Shown here one piece after another: positions 40,540 to 49,066 of a DNA stretch of 64,000 nt; positions within the stretch are counted from its first letter, which is position 1, and every line of letters begins with the position of its first letter. The translations under genes were made by a program, and so were the position numbers. Where the stretch lies: assembly GCA_041671645.1 (NCBI GenBank), contig JBAZBD010000001.1, positions 173,365-237,364 of the forward strand, given 5' to 3'. The notes below the pieces were generated by a model. It saw only the letters and a program-made list of their open reading frames with translations, was not told the DNA's origin and searched no databases. The stretch is from Patescibacteria group bacterium. Lineage in GTDB: Bacteria; Patescibacteriota; UBA1384; XYA2-FULL-43-10; 1-14-0-10-43-13.

Positions 40540-41538
40540 ATGAAAACCATTAAGCTTTTGCTAGCAGGGTTGGTGTTGCCGGCAGGTTTTGTTTCGGCCC
40601 TCACATTTGGTTCGCTCAGTCAATCTAACGCTACACCCTCAAGGGTGGAGAGGCCTTTCGTTGTGGAAATCTACTCGGCCGATGGAAATGTTGAAAAAAC
40701 GATAAGTGGTGTGAGTTATGAAACAGACTCGTATCTTATTGCCGAAAAGTTGGGGGCTTCACCTGTCAGGGCCGATAAGTTCACTGCTTTTCCTGAGATC
40801 AGGATGAATATCGGTAGCAAGATCACATTGTATAGGTCGCCCATGATATTATTGATCGACGGGAAGAACAAAACTGAGATTCGAAGCTGGTCCAAAACTG
40901 TTGGGGAATTACTTCTCGAGCAAAACATTGATTTAGCGAGCGAGGATAAGATAGCGCCTCCACTGGATACTGAAATTGCTGACGGCTCACAAATCAAGAT
41001 TACGAGAGTAGCGATTGCTCATATCGACAAATTAACTGATATCGAGTTCAAGACTATCAACAAGAATGATAACACTCTCGACAAGGGCAAGACTCGCGTC
41101 GAGCAAAAGGGCTTGAAGGGCCAGAAGAAGCTGACTTATGAGATTCGTCGCGAAGATGGTGTCGAAGTCGCAAGAAGATTGATCAACACAGAAATTGTGA
41201 CCAAGGCGATAGACCAGATTACGATTATTGGCACGAAGCCGGTGATTACTGGCTGGTGTAAATATAATGATCTGGTTCTAGACGCTTCGATCAAAAATGG
41301 TATCGATCCTGATAGAGTTTGCGCTCTGATGCGCAAGGAGAGCAACGGAAACGCTGATTCTGTTTCTGGCGGAGGCCATCTTGGCCTTTTCCAATACACT
41401 GAAGGATTTTGGGCTGACGCATCTGCCAAGGCTGGATACAGCGGAGCGTCATGGGACAACGCAAAGGCTCAGATCTATACCACGGCCTGGGCCTTGACTC
41501 ATGGCTACGCTGGTCGGTGGGCGGGAACATTTAAATAG
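40540..41538 (+). CDS. DUF348/G5 domain protein with C-terminal lysozyme-like transglycosylase (RpfB/YabE-like)
   Basis: Signal peptide; TVGELL..D.I.P.LD; G5 (Q.G..G....Y...DG); ES.G...GLFQY. Confidence 0.85.
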   Translation: MKTIKLLLAGLVLPAGFVSALTFGSLSQSNATPSRVERPFVVEIYSADGNVEKTISGVSYETDSYLIAEKLGASPVRADKFTAFPEIRMNIGSKITLYRSPMILLIDGKNKTEIRSWSKTVGELLLEQNIDLASEDKIAPPLDTEIADGSQIKITRVAIAHIDKLTDIEFKTINKNDNTLDKGKTRVEQKGLKGQKKLTYEIRREDGVEVARRLINTEIVTKAIDQITIIGTKPVITGWCKYNDLVLDASIKNGIDPDRVCALMRKESNGNADSVSGGGHLGLFQYTEGFWADASAKAGYSGASWDNAKAQIYTTAWALTHGYAGRWAGTFK

Positions 41539-41552
41539 CTGAAAGCAGATGA

Positions 41553-42461
41553 ATGTCGATTGATTTAACTGATAAAGAACAACTTACAAAATATTTGAAG
41601 TCTAAGGGGTTATTGGCCAAGCAAAGTTTGGGCCAGAATTTTCTAGTTGATCGAGAGGTACTGGAAAAAATCGTAGAAGCGGCTGAGATAAAAACTAGCG
41701 ACACTGTAATCGAAGTCGGCCCAGGTCTTGGCACGTTGACGGAGGAATTAATTTTGCGGGCAGGCAAAGTCATCGCAATTGAGAAAGACGATAAGTTGGC
41801 AAAATTGTTGAGTTCACAATTTTGTCATCCTGAACTTGATTCAGGATCCAGTATTGTTAACCTAGATTCCGGATCTCAAGCCGCAGTCCGGAATGACAAT
41901 CTGGTTGTGCTAAACTCCGATATTCTAGCGGTCAATGTTCCGGAGCTGACGGGCGGAAAACCTTACAAAGTGGTGGCAAATATCCCTTATTACATTACGG
42001 CCAAAATCATCAAGTTGTTTCTGACCTCAGAGAATAAGCCTGAGTCAATCGTTTTGTTAGTGCAAAAAGAGGTGGCTGAGCGTATTTGCGCTAAGCCAGG
42101 ACAATTATCAATTCTCGCGCTATCTGTCCAAGCATTTGGCGAACCGGAAATTGTAAGCGTCGTGAAGCGGGATTCTTTTTTCCCAGCTCCTGCAGTTGAT
42201 TCGGCGATACTTCGTATCAGAATTCAGAATTCAGAATTCAGAATTCAACCGGAAGACGAGAGAGAACTTTTCCGTCTGATCCATATTGGCTTTGCCAGCA
42301 AGCGCAAAACTCTCATAAACAATTTATCGGCAGGACTTCGAATTGATAAAAAAGCAATAGCGGATATAATTAAATCAATCGGACTTGGCGAAAACGCCAG
42401 AGCACAAGAGCTGAGTCTGGAAGAGTGGAAGAAGCTATCATTAATATTGAAACTGAAATGA
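41553..42461 (+). CDS. rsmA: 16S rRNA dimethyladenosine transferase
   Basis: LGQNFL, IEVGPGLG.LT, VVANIPYYIT, QKEVAER, F.P.P.VDSA. Confidence 0.96.
   Translation: MSIDLTDKEQLTKYLKSKGLLAKQSLGQNFLVDREVLEKIVEAAEIKTSDTVIEVGPGLGTLTEELILRAGKVIAIEKDDKLAKLLSSQFCHPELDSGSSIVNLDSGSQAAVRNDNLVVLNSDILAVNVPELTGGKPYKVVANIPYYITAKIIKLFLTSENKPESIVLLVQKEVAERICAKPGQLSILALSVQAFGEPEIVSVVKRDSFFPAPAVDSAILRIRIQNSEFRIQPEDERELFRLIHIGFASKRKTLINNLSAGLRIDKKAIADIIKSIGLGENARAQELSLEEWKKLSLILKLK
41822..41899. repeat. In-frame 78-bp palindromic REP/RPE-like insert in rsmA
   Basis: TTGTCAT...ATGACAA ends; hairpins ATCCTGAA-CTTGA-TTCAGGAT and TTCCGGA..TCCGGAA; encodes CHPELDSGS..DSGS..VRND. Confidence 0.85.
42217..42247 (+). 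repeat. Intragenic heptamer repeat (TCAGAAT)x4 in rsmA
   Basis: Seen directly; encodes RIQNSEFRIQ. Confidence 0.9.
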
Positions 42462-43960
42462 TGAAGTTAATCGGCGAGCCGACTCCTGATCAAAATCAAT
42501 CAGTCTCGAACGAAGGAGTTGAAGGTGATGATGGTCATTTTTCAGCCATTAATTATAATTCGGACGATCTGGTCGAGCCGACGTTCCCAGAATTTGACCT
42601 GCGCGACACTCGAGAATTCCAAGAGGTTTACGAGGAGACTCTGGACTTAGCCGAGAAGGTATCTGGTCATATTGCTACTATGCTCAAGTTCCAGGACAGT
42701 TCTCTGGAGGTTGAACTGATTGAGAAATCTATTCTGAGGGAAATTGCTGAGCGATTCCAGAATTTTAACGAGGGCAAGGTTGACCTGGCGGTTCGCGGCT
42801 TGGCATTAATTAACGCTGAATTGCAAGGCTTGCTTTCCTATCCTGCCACACCTCAGGGCTTTATGGATGCACAGTTCATTATCGATGATTTTCTAAAGGA
42901 GCAGCCGAAGTCAGATAAAGAAAAACTTGAAGGAGGCCTTTTCTCTCAAGAGATAATTGCTCGACGCTTACAACGTTTGTATGATAAATCTGACTTTAAC
43001 CTGCGCGATTACGAAGGTTTGACAACGAACACAACGGTGAGTCTCGAGCATCTCTTGAAGGAATTAATGCTTCACACTTTAACCACAGGGGCAAAGAATC
43101 CCGAAGAGCTTACAATTCTGGATCTGGGAGCCGGAGAAGGAAGACTCGCTATTCCTCTAGCCACTCTAGGTTATCATGTGAATGGCATCGATATCTCAAA
43201 GGGAATGGTCGAGAAAGTAGACGATCGGACAGAGCTGTTTTGGGATGGTTTTACAGGCAAGACCTCAGATAAACTTGCAGAATCGGCAAACACTGTCTTT
43301 GACGCTCTAAAAGTTTCTCCAAAGGTAGAAAACTTAGACGATCTGAAAAAAAACATCCAAATCCAGCAGGGCAATTTCTTCGATATTGACAGCGAAGATT
43401 ATGATAGGAGATTTGGCCCCGATAAGGCCGACGCTGCTATCGTTATGTGGCACACCTTTGGATTTGCGGGTGATCATGAAGGCCAAATGAAGGTATTAAA
43501 AAATATTTATGATAATGTGCGACCTGGCGGCATAGTCGCTATCGAGATGCCTGATCGTGAGTTTGGCGGTTATGGAAGGGCGGTTCGAGAATATCAGCGG
43601 TTGCATGGCCAGGATAACGATGCACAGAAGCCGATTCCGTTTGGGGCTCTAGTCGACGCACCCTCAAAGAGCGCCGGAAATCCGACAGAACAGAACGAAG
43701 AGCTTGAAACGCCAAGATATTTCCCAAGCAAAAATGAGATGATTGGTATATTAGAAGACGCTGATTTCAATCTCGCTGAGTGCTACGACTATTTTGTCCC
43801 GATTGATGGTCCTGACGGAAAACAACTGGCAGTCCTGGAACATCTGTTTGTCGCTGTAAGGCCTAGAGGCAAGAGTCAGAAGAATCTACGTGCCAAAACC
43901 GAAATAGCGCAAGAAGATTCATCACGTCTAGAGGAAGTAAGGAAGAGAATAGCTGCCTAA
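42458..43960 (+). CDS. Class I SAM-dependent methyltransferase with long N-terminal extension
   Basis: ILDLGAGEGRL, GIDIS..M, RPGG. Confidence 0.8.
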   Translation: MMKLIGEPTPDQNQSVSNEGVEGDDGHFSAINYNSDDLVEPTFPEFDLRDTREFQEVYEETLDLAEKVSGHIATMLKFQDSSLEVELIEKSILREIAERFQNFNEGKVDLAVRGLALINAELQGLLSYPATPQGFMDAQFIIDDFLKEQPKSDKEKLEGGLFSQEIIARRLQRLYDKSDFNLRDYEGLTTNTTVSLEHLLKELMLHTLTTGAKNPEELTILDLGAGEGRLAIPLATLGYHVNGIDISKGMVEKVDDRTELFWDGFTGKTSDKLAESANTVFDALKVSPKVENLDDLKKNIQIQQGNFFDIDSEDYDRRFGPDKADAAIVMWHTFGFAGDHEGQMKVLKNIYDNVRPGGIVAIEMPDREFGGYGRAVREYQRLHGQDNDAQKPIPFGALVDAPSKSAGNPTEQNEELETPRYFPSKNEMIGILEDADFNLAECYDYFVPIDGPDGKQLAVLEHLFVAVRPRGKSQKNLRAKTEIAQEDSSRLEEVRKRIAA

Positions 43961-44727
43961 TCTTGCTTCTCGGCGCCTTTCCACGCTAGTTCAAATAGAC
44001 CTCTCATACTCTCAGCGATGCTTTTGTTGTCGATAATTACGGCCAGCGGAACATCGCCTTTGTTATAGTTAGCGAAGGAAACTTTGTTTCCATATACCTG
44101 AATCTCTAGTTTACAGGGGAATAGGCTCTTTTTGACTATCCTTGTTTCCCGCAGCTCCTCAGCGTCGTGTGAAATATACTCTGCAGTATTCTTGTCCTCT
44201 GCGGCCGATACTATAACGCGAGCAGTAATTTCGGCTTTTACACGTTGCTTTACGTAAACGTCGCGAAGCCATTTCCATATCTCCATATTTGATTCATTGG
44301 CTTCAAGAAATGAATAGATCGGCTTGTTCTCTTGGATTGTGTCCTCGTAGAGCTTCTTGATTCCTTCTATCCCTTCCATGACCTGTACTCCTGGCTTGTG
44401 GTAGGTCAGATTGAATGCGGAGATGAGAGAGGGGAGAACGGCGTTGATCTCGCGCTCGGCCAGCGAAGCGGCGTGAATCTGGGCGTCGGTGTATTCCCTG
44501 ATCTTCTCAGGGTGAGCCAGGCGAAAATGCTTCTTCTTCTGCTTGCTGAACTCCTCGATGAAGCCAAGCCCCTTGAGAGCGTAGATCTTGTTGTAGCAAT
44601 CTCCCTTCTTGAGGCCGGTCCTCTTGATAATTTCGTGCGCAGGGAGCTCACCACCCTCGAGGAGGGCGCTGTAGATGTTGATTTCCTGGTCGGTCAAGCC
44701 GACCTTTTTGAGTATGTCTAGCTGCAT
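43957..44727 (-). CDS. TrmB-family transcriptional regulator
   Basis: GLT.QE..IY.ALL wHTH, L...GFI, EG.EGIK.LY, EIQVYGNKV, I.N..IA. Confidence 0.85.
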   Translation of the reverse strand: MQLDILKKVGLTDQEINIYSALLEGGELPAHEIIKRTGLKKGDCYNKIYALKGLGFIEEFSKQKKKHFRLAHPEKIREYTDAQIHAASLAEREINAVLPSLISAFNLTYHKPGVQVMEGIEGIKKLYEDTIQENKPIYSFLEANESNMEIWKWLRDVYVKQRVKAEITARVIVSAAEDKNTAEYISHDAEELRETRIVKKSLFPCKLEIQVYGNKVSFANYNKGDVPLAVIIDNKSIAESMRGLFELAWKGAEKQD

Positions 44728-44733
44728 AATAGT

Positions 44734-44906
44734 ATTATATACTGCTCCAAAGTAGTAGTCAAGACTTCGTGACAGGTATAGTCAAAATCTCGATTCTAAT
44801 AACAAAAAAGTGAGTCACGGAGCCAACAATCGGTAAATAAGACAGTCACGATATAGTGACAAATTGGTCATAAACCCTTGACAATCCCAAATAGGCATGC
44901 TATAAT
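44734..44906. promoter_or_regulatory. Divergent promoters with TGAC/GTCA palindromic operator candidates
   Basis: Minus: TTGACT(44762)-N17-TATAAT(44739). Plus: TTGACA(44878)-N17-TATAAT(44901). Palindromes GTCAC-N6-GTGAC (44845-44860), TGAC-N6/7-GTCA, GTGAGTCAC. Confidence 0.75.
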
Positions 44907-44911
44907 ATACC

Positions 44912-45670
44912 CATCACGATGAGAAAGGCGAACAACCCACAGGAGGATTAGGCCGCTGCCCAGACTGATAGAACATTTACAACCAAATAGGTACATAGGT
45001 AGAAAAAGATCAAGCCCTATCAATAGATAAGGCGATCCCGATCACAAATGGCACAATCCGGCTCGTATCTCAGGAGATAAGAGCGCAAATTCACGCCACT
45101 TGAGATCATCCCCAGCACACTCAATTGAGTCGCAAGGGGAATTACCCGAATCCCGATCAAATTCCCGCCCCTTAGGCGGAAATATGGAAGATATTATCAA
45201 TATCCGGTTTGGCCGCACAGGTTCAAGCATTTACAAGATAATACATCATATATATAGGATCAGATTCAACCGACTTATGAGTAGTACATTTATCCATGAC
45301 ACAGGAGTTTAGCGATAAGTATAAAACTCACCCCCCATCCTTCGCAAGAAGGGTGATGGGGGGCTTCCTCAGGAGGGGCAATATTCGTAAGTGTCAACGG
45401 CGCGAATAACGGCGTTTGAGCTCATATCGAGCATATACGCCAGAATTAACGCCAGACCGGAATTACTAATTAATAGTTACTAATTACCTAATTAAATCTC
45501 AAGATCCGAGTGTCCAATTGGACATTAAATAATTGGGACTTATTTAGAAATTAGAGCAATTAGATCAATTAGAAATTCTATATATCTTTCTACCATCATT
45601 TCTGATCACTCGGCCGAAACGCCCTGAGAGAAATAGTTTGCTGTGTCCAAAATTTATGTGGCACACACTA
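44912..45670 (+). ncRNA. Candidate large structured non-coding RNA or leader
   Basis: Follows a consensus promoter; only short ORFs lacking an RBS; dense hairpins and long-range helix CCGGTTTGGC/GCCAGACCGG. Confidence 0.5.
45461..45580. repeat. AT-rich periodic element related to the 861-957 family
   Basis: AATTACT AATTAAT AGTTACT AATTACCT ... TTAGAAATTAGAGCAATTAGATCAATTAGAAATT. Confidence 0.6.
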
Positions 45671-45714
45671 TCCTACTCTTTTCGCTTTGACGGTGATCGG
45701 AGCAGTTCTTCTGG

Positions 45715-45825
45715 CCTATTCGGCTGTGCTTGCCATCTATTATATAGGTGACCAGCCAGCTGAATTAGGCATCCCGGTAGAAGCACTGAAACCCGTAAGG
45801 GGGAGGTTAAGCTTCGGGAGGAGAA
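45715..45825 (+). repeat. Structured leader repeat, copy A
   Basis: Matches 46680-46788; ends in a GGGAGG RBS. Confidence 0.85.
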
Positions 45826-45830
45826 TTATA

Positions 45831-46184
45831 ATGATACTGAACAATAAGCCAGAGGCCGTGGAGCTTCTGATGTCTCTCGGCTATCGCGAAGCCGACGGAA
45901 AATTTTCGAAAGACAATAATGAGGGCCACACAGTCGTGGTCGAATTCGTTGAAACTACAACCAATGACGGTACAACCGTGCCAATTATGGTGGTAGCGGA
46001 CCCATATTTCACCCCGGGTGGGGTGTTCCGTACCTCGAGTGAGGTATTCCATTATCCTATCGATGCGGGATCCCTGCACGAGGGGATCGGATATTTCCTC
46101 CATCAGGAGGATATAGAAGTCTGGGTGGACGAAGAGGGGGAGGAGCAATCCTCCAGCAGCAACAAAAACTACTGCTGGATATAA
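45831..46184 (+). CDS. Hypothetical acidic protein (117 aa), cassette A
   Basis: ATG just downstream of GGGAGGAG; in frame with track ORF 45687..46184. Confidence 0.7.
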   Translation: MILNNKPEAVELLMSLGYREADGKFSKDNNEGHTVVVEFVETTTNDGTTVPIMVVADPYFTPGGVFRTSSEVFHYPIDAGSLHEGIGYFLHQEDIEVWVDEEGEEQSSSSNKNYCWI

Positions 46185-46522
46185 GCAGTAGCCATTAAAC
46201 TATTGGTTTTGCTTGTTGAGCCATTGTATCAACAAGCCGGGTGCCAGACTGAATTCTGGCAGTTCAAAGGAGGTTTTTATGACTTTGAACGTTTAGGTTT
46301 GCTGGTTGTCCGTTAACAATCAGATATGGTCGTAACACACTTGCACGACCAATCTCACCCTGAGGAGAGCAAGGGGTAAGTCAGCCCATTTCTGCCTAAA
46401 AAGCAAGCAGAAATAAAGAGACAAGGCCGATTCTCGATCGGCGTTGAGGTGATAACTTCAGGAGTTTCACCAATCGAGAAACAGGCTTCTATTGCCTGGG
46501 ACGAAAGTCCGAAAATAGCAAT

Positions 46523-46607
46523 TTCATCTCTCGCCACGAAGGTGAGAGAAAATATCCCGAAGCGCACCGCAAAGTGAATTATTCACTTGGTGCGCTTCAA
46601 ACCTTTT
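46523..46607 (+). repeat. 3' hairpin plus terminator-like module, copy A
   Basis: TTCATCTCTCGCCACGAAGGTGAGAGAAAAT, then hairpin GAAGCGCACC..GGTGCGCTTC and AACCTTTT. Confidence 0.8.
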
Positions 46608-46679
46608 GATTCTGAATGTATTAAATAAACTATTTATTTAGCCATGCCGAATTAAAACGACAAAATCCTTTAAGTATTT

Positions 46680-46788
46680 CCTACTCGGCTGCGCCCTGCA
46701 CCTTTTCGAAGATGAATGGCCAGCTGAATAGGCATCCCGATAAAAGCACTGAAACCCGAAAGGGGGAGGTTAAGCTTCGGGAGGAGAA
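46680..46788 (+). repeat. Structured leader repeat, copy B
   Basis: Matches 45715-45825. Confidence 0.85.
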
Positions 46789-46792
46789 AAAG

Positions 46793-47056
46793 ATGATCAC
46801 AAAAGGCACAATCCGCAAAGCGCGGGTTGAAAATATTGCGAACGGAAAGATCTCCGTTCGCACCGGAAATTATGCCGGAACTTCGGCACATGATGTTGCC
46901 GAGTTCGAAATCTCCGGCAATTTGCCGGAGATTGGGAGATTCATCTCCCTCAGCGTCCAGCATGAGCGCTGGACTGAAACGTGCCAGGATGGCGATGATC
47001 AGCTGCAATCATATTGCAGCCGGCATAGTGTCAGTAAATGGCACTATGTCGAGTAG
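46793..47056 (+). CDS. Hypothetical protein (87 aa), cassette B
   Basis: ATG after the same GGGAGGAG RBS; in frame with track ORF 46712..47056. Confidence 0.6.
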   Translation: MITKGTIRKARVENIANGKISVRTGNYAGTSAHDVAEFEISGNLPEIGRFISLSVQHERWTETCQDGDDQLQSYCSRHSVSKWHYVE

Positions 47057-47182
47057 AATGGTCAGCTGTTTAGAGATATCAGTGCAAAAAATAATCTTAT
47101 CGAATCATCTGCGGAAAGATGGATAAAGTTGCAGGACTGTATGTCTGCCGTCACTTGTCGAGGACGAATCAGAGACAACGAA

Positions 47183-47258
47183 TTCATCTCTCACCACGAA
47201 GGTGAGAGAAAATTACCGGAGAGACATTGCCATAACGGCGGTGTCTCTCAACCTTTTT
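47183..47258 (+). repeat. 3' hairpin plus terminator-like module, copy B
   Basis: TTCATCTCTCACCACGAAGGTGAGAGAAAAT, then hairpin GAGAGACATTGCC..GGCGGTGTCTCTC and AACCTTTT. Confidence 0.8.
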
Positions 47259-47322
47259 CTTTTGAGAAATAGACAAATCAACCATTTGATTTATTTTTCC
47301 TCGAAAGAGGATTGATTTTTTT

Positions 47323-47528
47323 GACCTGCGGGTGCAAATGTGGCGGCTTGAGCCGCCTTAAGAGCACAAGTTCTTGAGAGCTAACGCTTTCAGGGCAAGC
47401 ATTTGAGAGCGGCAACCTATTAACCATAATTTATGGAGAGGAGGAACAAGTTGCCAACTCCTGCATTTCGCTCGCAGATCCAAATTATTTATTAAGAAAA
47501 CCGTCAATAGAAATATCGGCGGTTTTTT
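47323..47528 (+). ncRNA. Candidate multibranched RNA plus terminator upstream of the NRAMP gene
   Basis: Closing helix CTGCGGGTGCAAATG/CATTTCGCTCGCAG enclosing 4 hairpins; terminator at 47497-47528. Confidence 0.45.
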
Positions 47529-47591
47529 GTTATTCATTTTCTTTCGTCAATACTTTATACTAAATACAAACCACTAATTTGTGAGGGGAAT

Positions 47592-49058
47592 ATGTCGGAA
47601 GAAAAATACGTTGCAGAAGTAGCGGCTCAGTCGGACGGACACAAACATTTCACGATCTCGGAATTTCGCCATGAACTAGGCATTCCGCTCATTTTGGCTC
47701 GCAAGCTTATTGTTTGGGGTATCGTCGAAGTTGAGAGAACGGCCGATGGCACATTCCGTATCACCGAAGCAGAGCTCAATGAAGCGCGGGAAATTCTAAA
47801 GCATCCCTTCACCAAGGCGAAGCTTTTCTTTCGTGCTCTCGGGCCTGGAATCATTACAGGCGCGGCGGATGACGACCCTTCTGGTATAGGCACTTACTCT
47901 TCGGTCGGCGCACAGTATGGCTTTGGCTTGATATGGTTGGCGCCATGGCTCTTGCCACTTATGACAGCGGTGCAGGAAGCCTGCGCTCGTATCGGCATTG
48001 TCACCAACAGAGGGCTGGCTGGAGTGCTGATGAAACATTATCGCAAGTGGTTTGTTGCGATTATTATTTTGCTTTTGATCGTAGCCAACGTCGCCAACAT
48101 CGGAGCGGATATTTCCGCCATGTCTGCGACTGTCAATATGCTTGTCCCAGTAAACTATTATGTAGTGGCGGTCGCCCTGACCGTATTGATCATATTGATT
48201 GAGATAATGATACCGTATCGGGTCTACTCCAAAATATTAAAGTGGCTCACTTTGTCGCTCTTCGCCTATCTAATCACGGGATTCATCATCCATCCTGATT
48301 GGCTCATGATCTTCAAAGAGGCACTCACGCCCAATGTTATTTTCGACAAGGCATATATATTCGCAATAGTGGCAGTCTTTGGAACTACGATCAGCCCCTA
48401 CCTATTCTTCTGGCAAACTTCTGAGGAAGTGGAGGAGAAAAAGGTTGAGAGGCGTGAAGGGACATTACAGAAGCTGACCGGCCGAATTGCCCATATGAGA
48501 ACAGATGTGAGGACAGGGATGGTTTTTGCCAATCTAACATTCTTCTTCATCGTTCTAACAACTGCCAAGGTGCTCAATGCAAACGGAATTTTTAGCATTG
48601 ATTCGCCTCAGCAGGCAGCTGAAGCGCTTCGACCCTTTGCTGGTGACCAAGCATTTCTGCTATTCGCTCTAGGAATTCTGGGCACTGGTCTCTTGGCCAT
48701 ACCTGTCCTGGCCGGCTCGGGCGCTTACGCTCTTGCGGAGCTGATGAACTGGCGTGAGGGACTGGACGAGAAGTTCTCAAGGGCCAAGGCCTTTTATCTA
48801 GTTATTTCCTTCTCCGTGATCGTCGGCCTGCTCCTCAATTTCATCGGCATTAATCCGATGAAAGCACTCTACTACTCTGCATATCTCAACGGTATTATTT
48901 CGATTCCTCTTCTCTTCGTGATCATGATCGTGGGGAACGACAAGAGAATTATGGGCCGCGAGACTCATCCGGCTTGGGTCAAAATATTTGGCTGGGCCGC
49001 CTTTGCCTTCGCCTCGGCTGGACTAGTCCTGACCATTATATTGAGCTTGGTCAAATAA
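47592..49058 (+). CDS. NRAMP-family divalent metal transporter with N-terminal MerR/Xis-like HTH
   Basis: LGPGIITGAADDDPSGIGTYS, GTTISPYLFFWQ; N-terminal FTISEF..ELGI..G.V...R...G..R. Confidence 0.85.
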   Translation: MSEEKYVAEVAAQSDGHKHFTISEFRHELGIPLILARKLIVWGIVEVERTADGTFRITEAELNEAREILKHPFTKAKLFFRALGPGIITGAADDDPSGIGTYSSVGAQYGFGLIWLAPWLLPLMTAVQEACARIGIVTNRGLAGVLMKHYRKWFVAIIILLLIVANVANIGADISAMSATVNMLVPVNYYVVAVALTVLIILIEIMIPYRVYSKILKWLTLSLFAYLITGFIIHPDWLMIFKEALTPNVIFDKAYIFAIVAVFGTTISPYLFFWQTSEEVEEKKVERREGTLQKLTGRIAHMRTDVRTGMVFANLTFFFIVLTTAKVLNANGIFSIDSPQQAAEALRPFAGDQAFLLFALGILGTGLLAIPVLAGSGAYALAELMNWREGLDEKFSRAKAFYLVISFSVIVGLLLNFIGINPMKALYYSAYLNGIISIPLLFVIMIVGNDKRIMGRETHPAWVKIFGWAAFAFASAGLVLTIILSLVK

Positions 49059-49066
49059 AATCCCCG

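Noticed and set aside
46490-46522. Hammerhead ribozyme (GGAC-GAAA-GTCC-GAAA)
   Set aside because: The required CUGANGA core directly before stem II is absent (only CTG)
45715-47258. Classical integron with attC sites
   Set aside because: No intI gene in the window and no clear RYYYAAC...GTTRRRY ends on the repeats; kept only as an analogy
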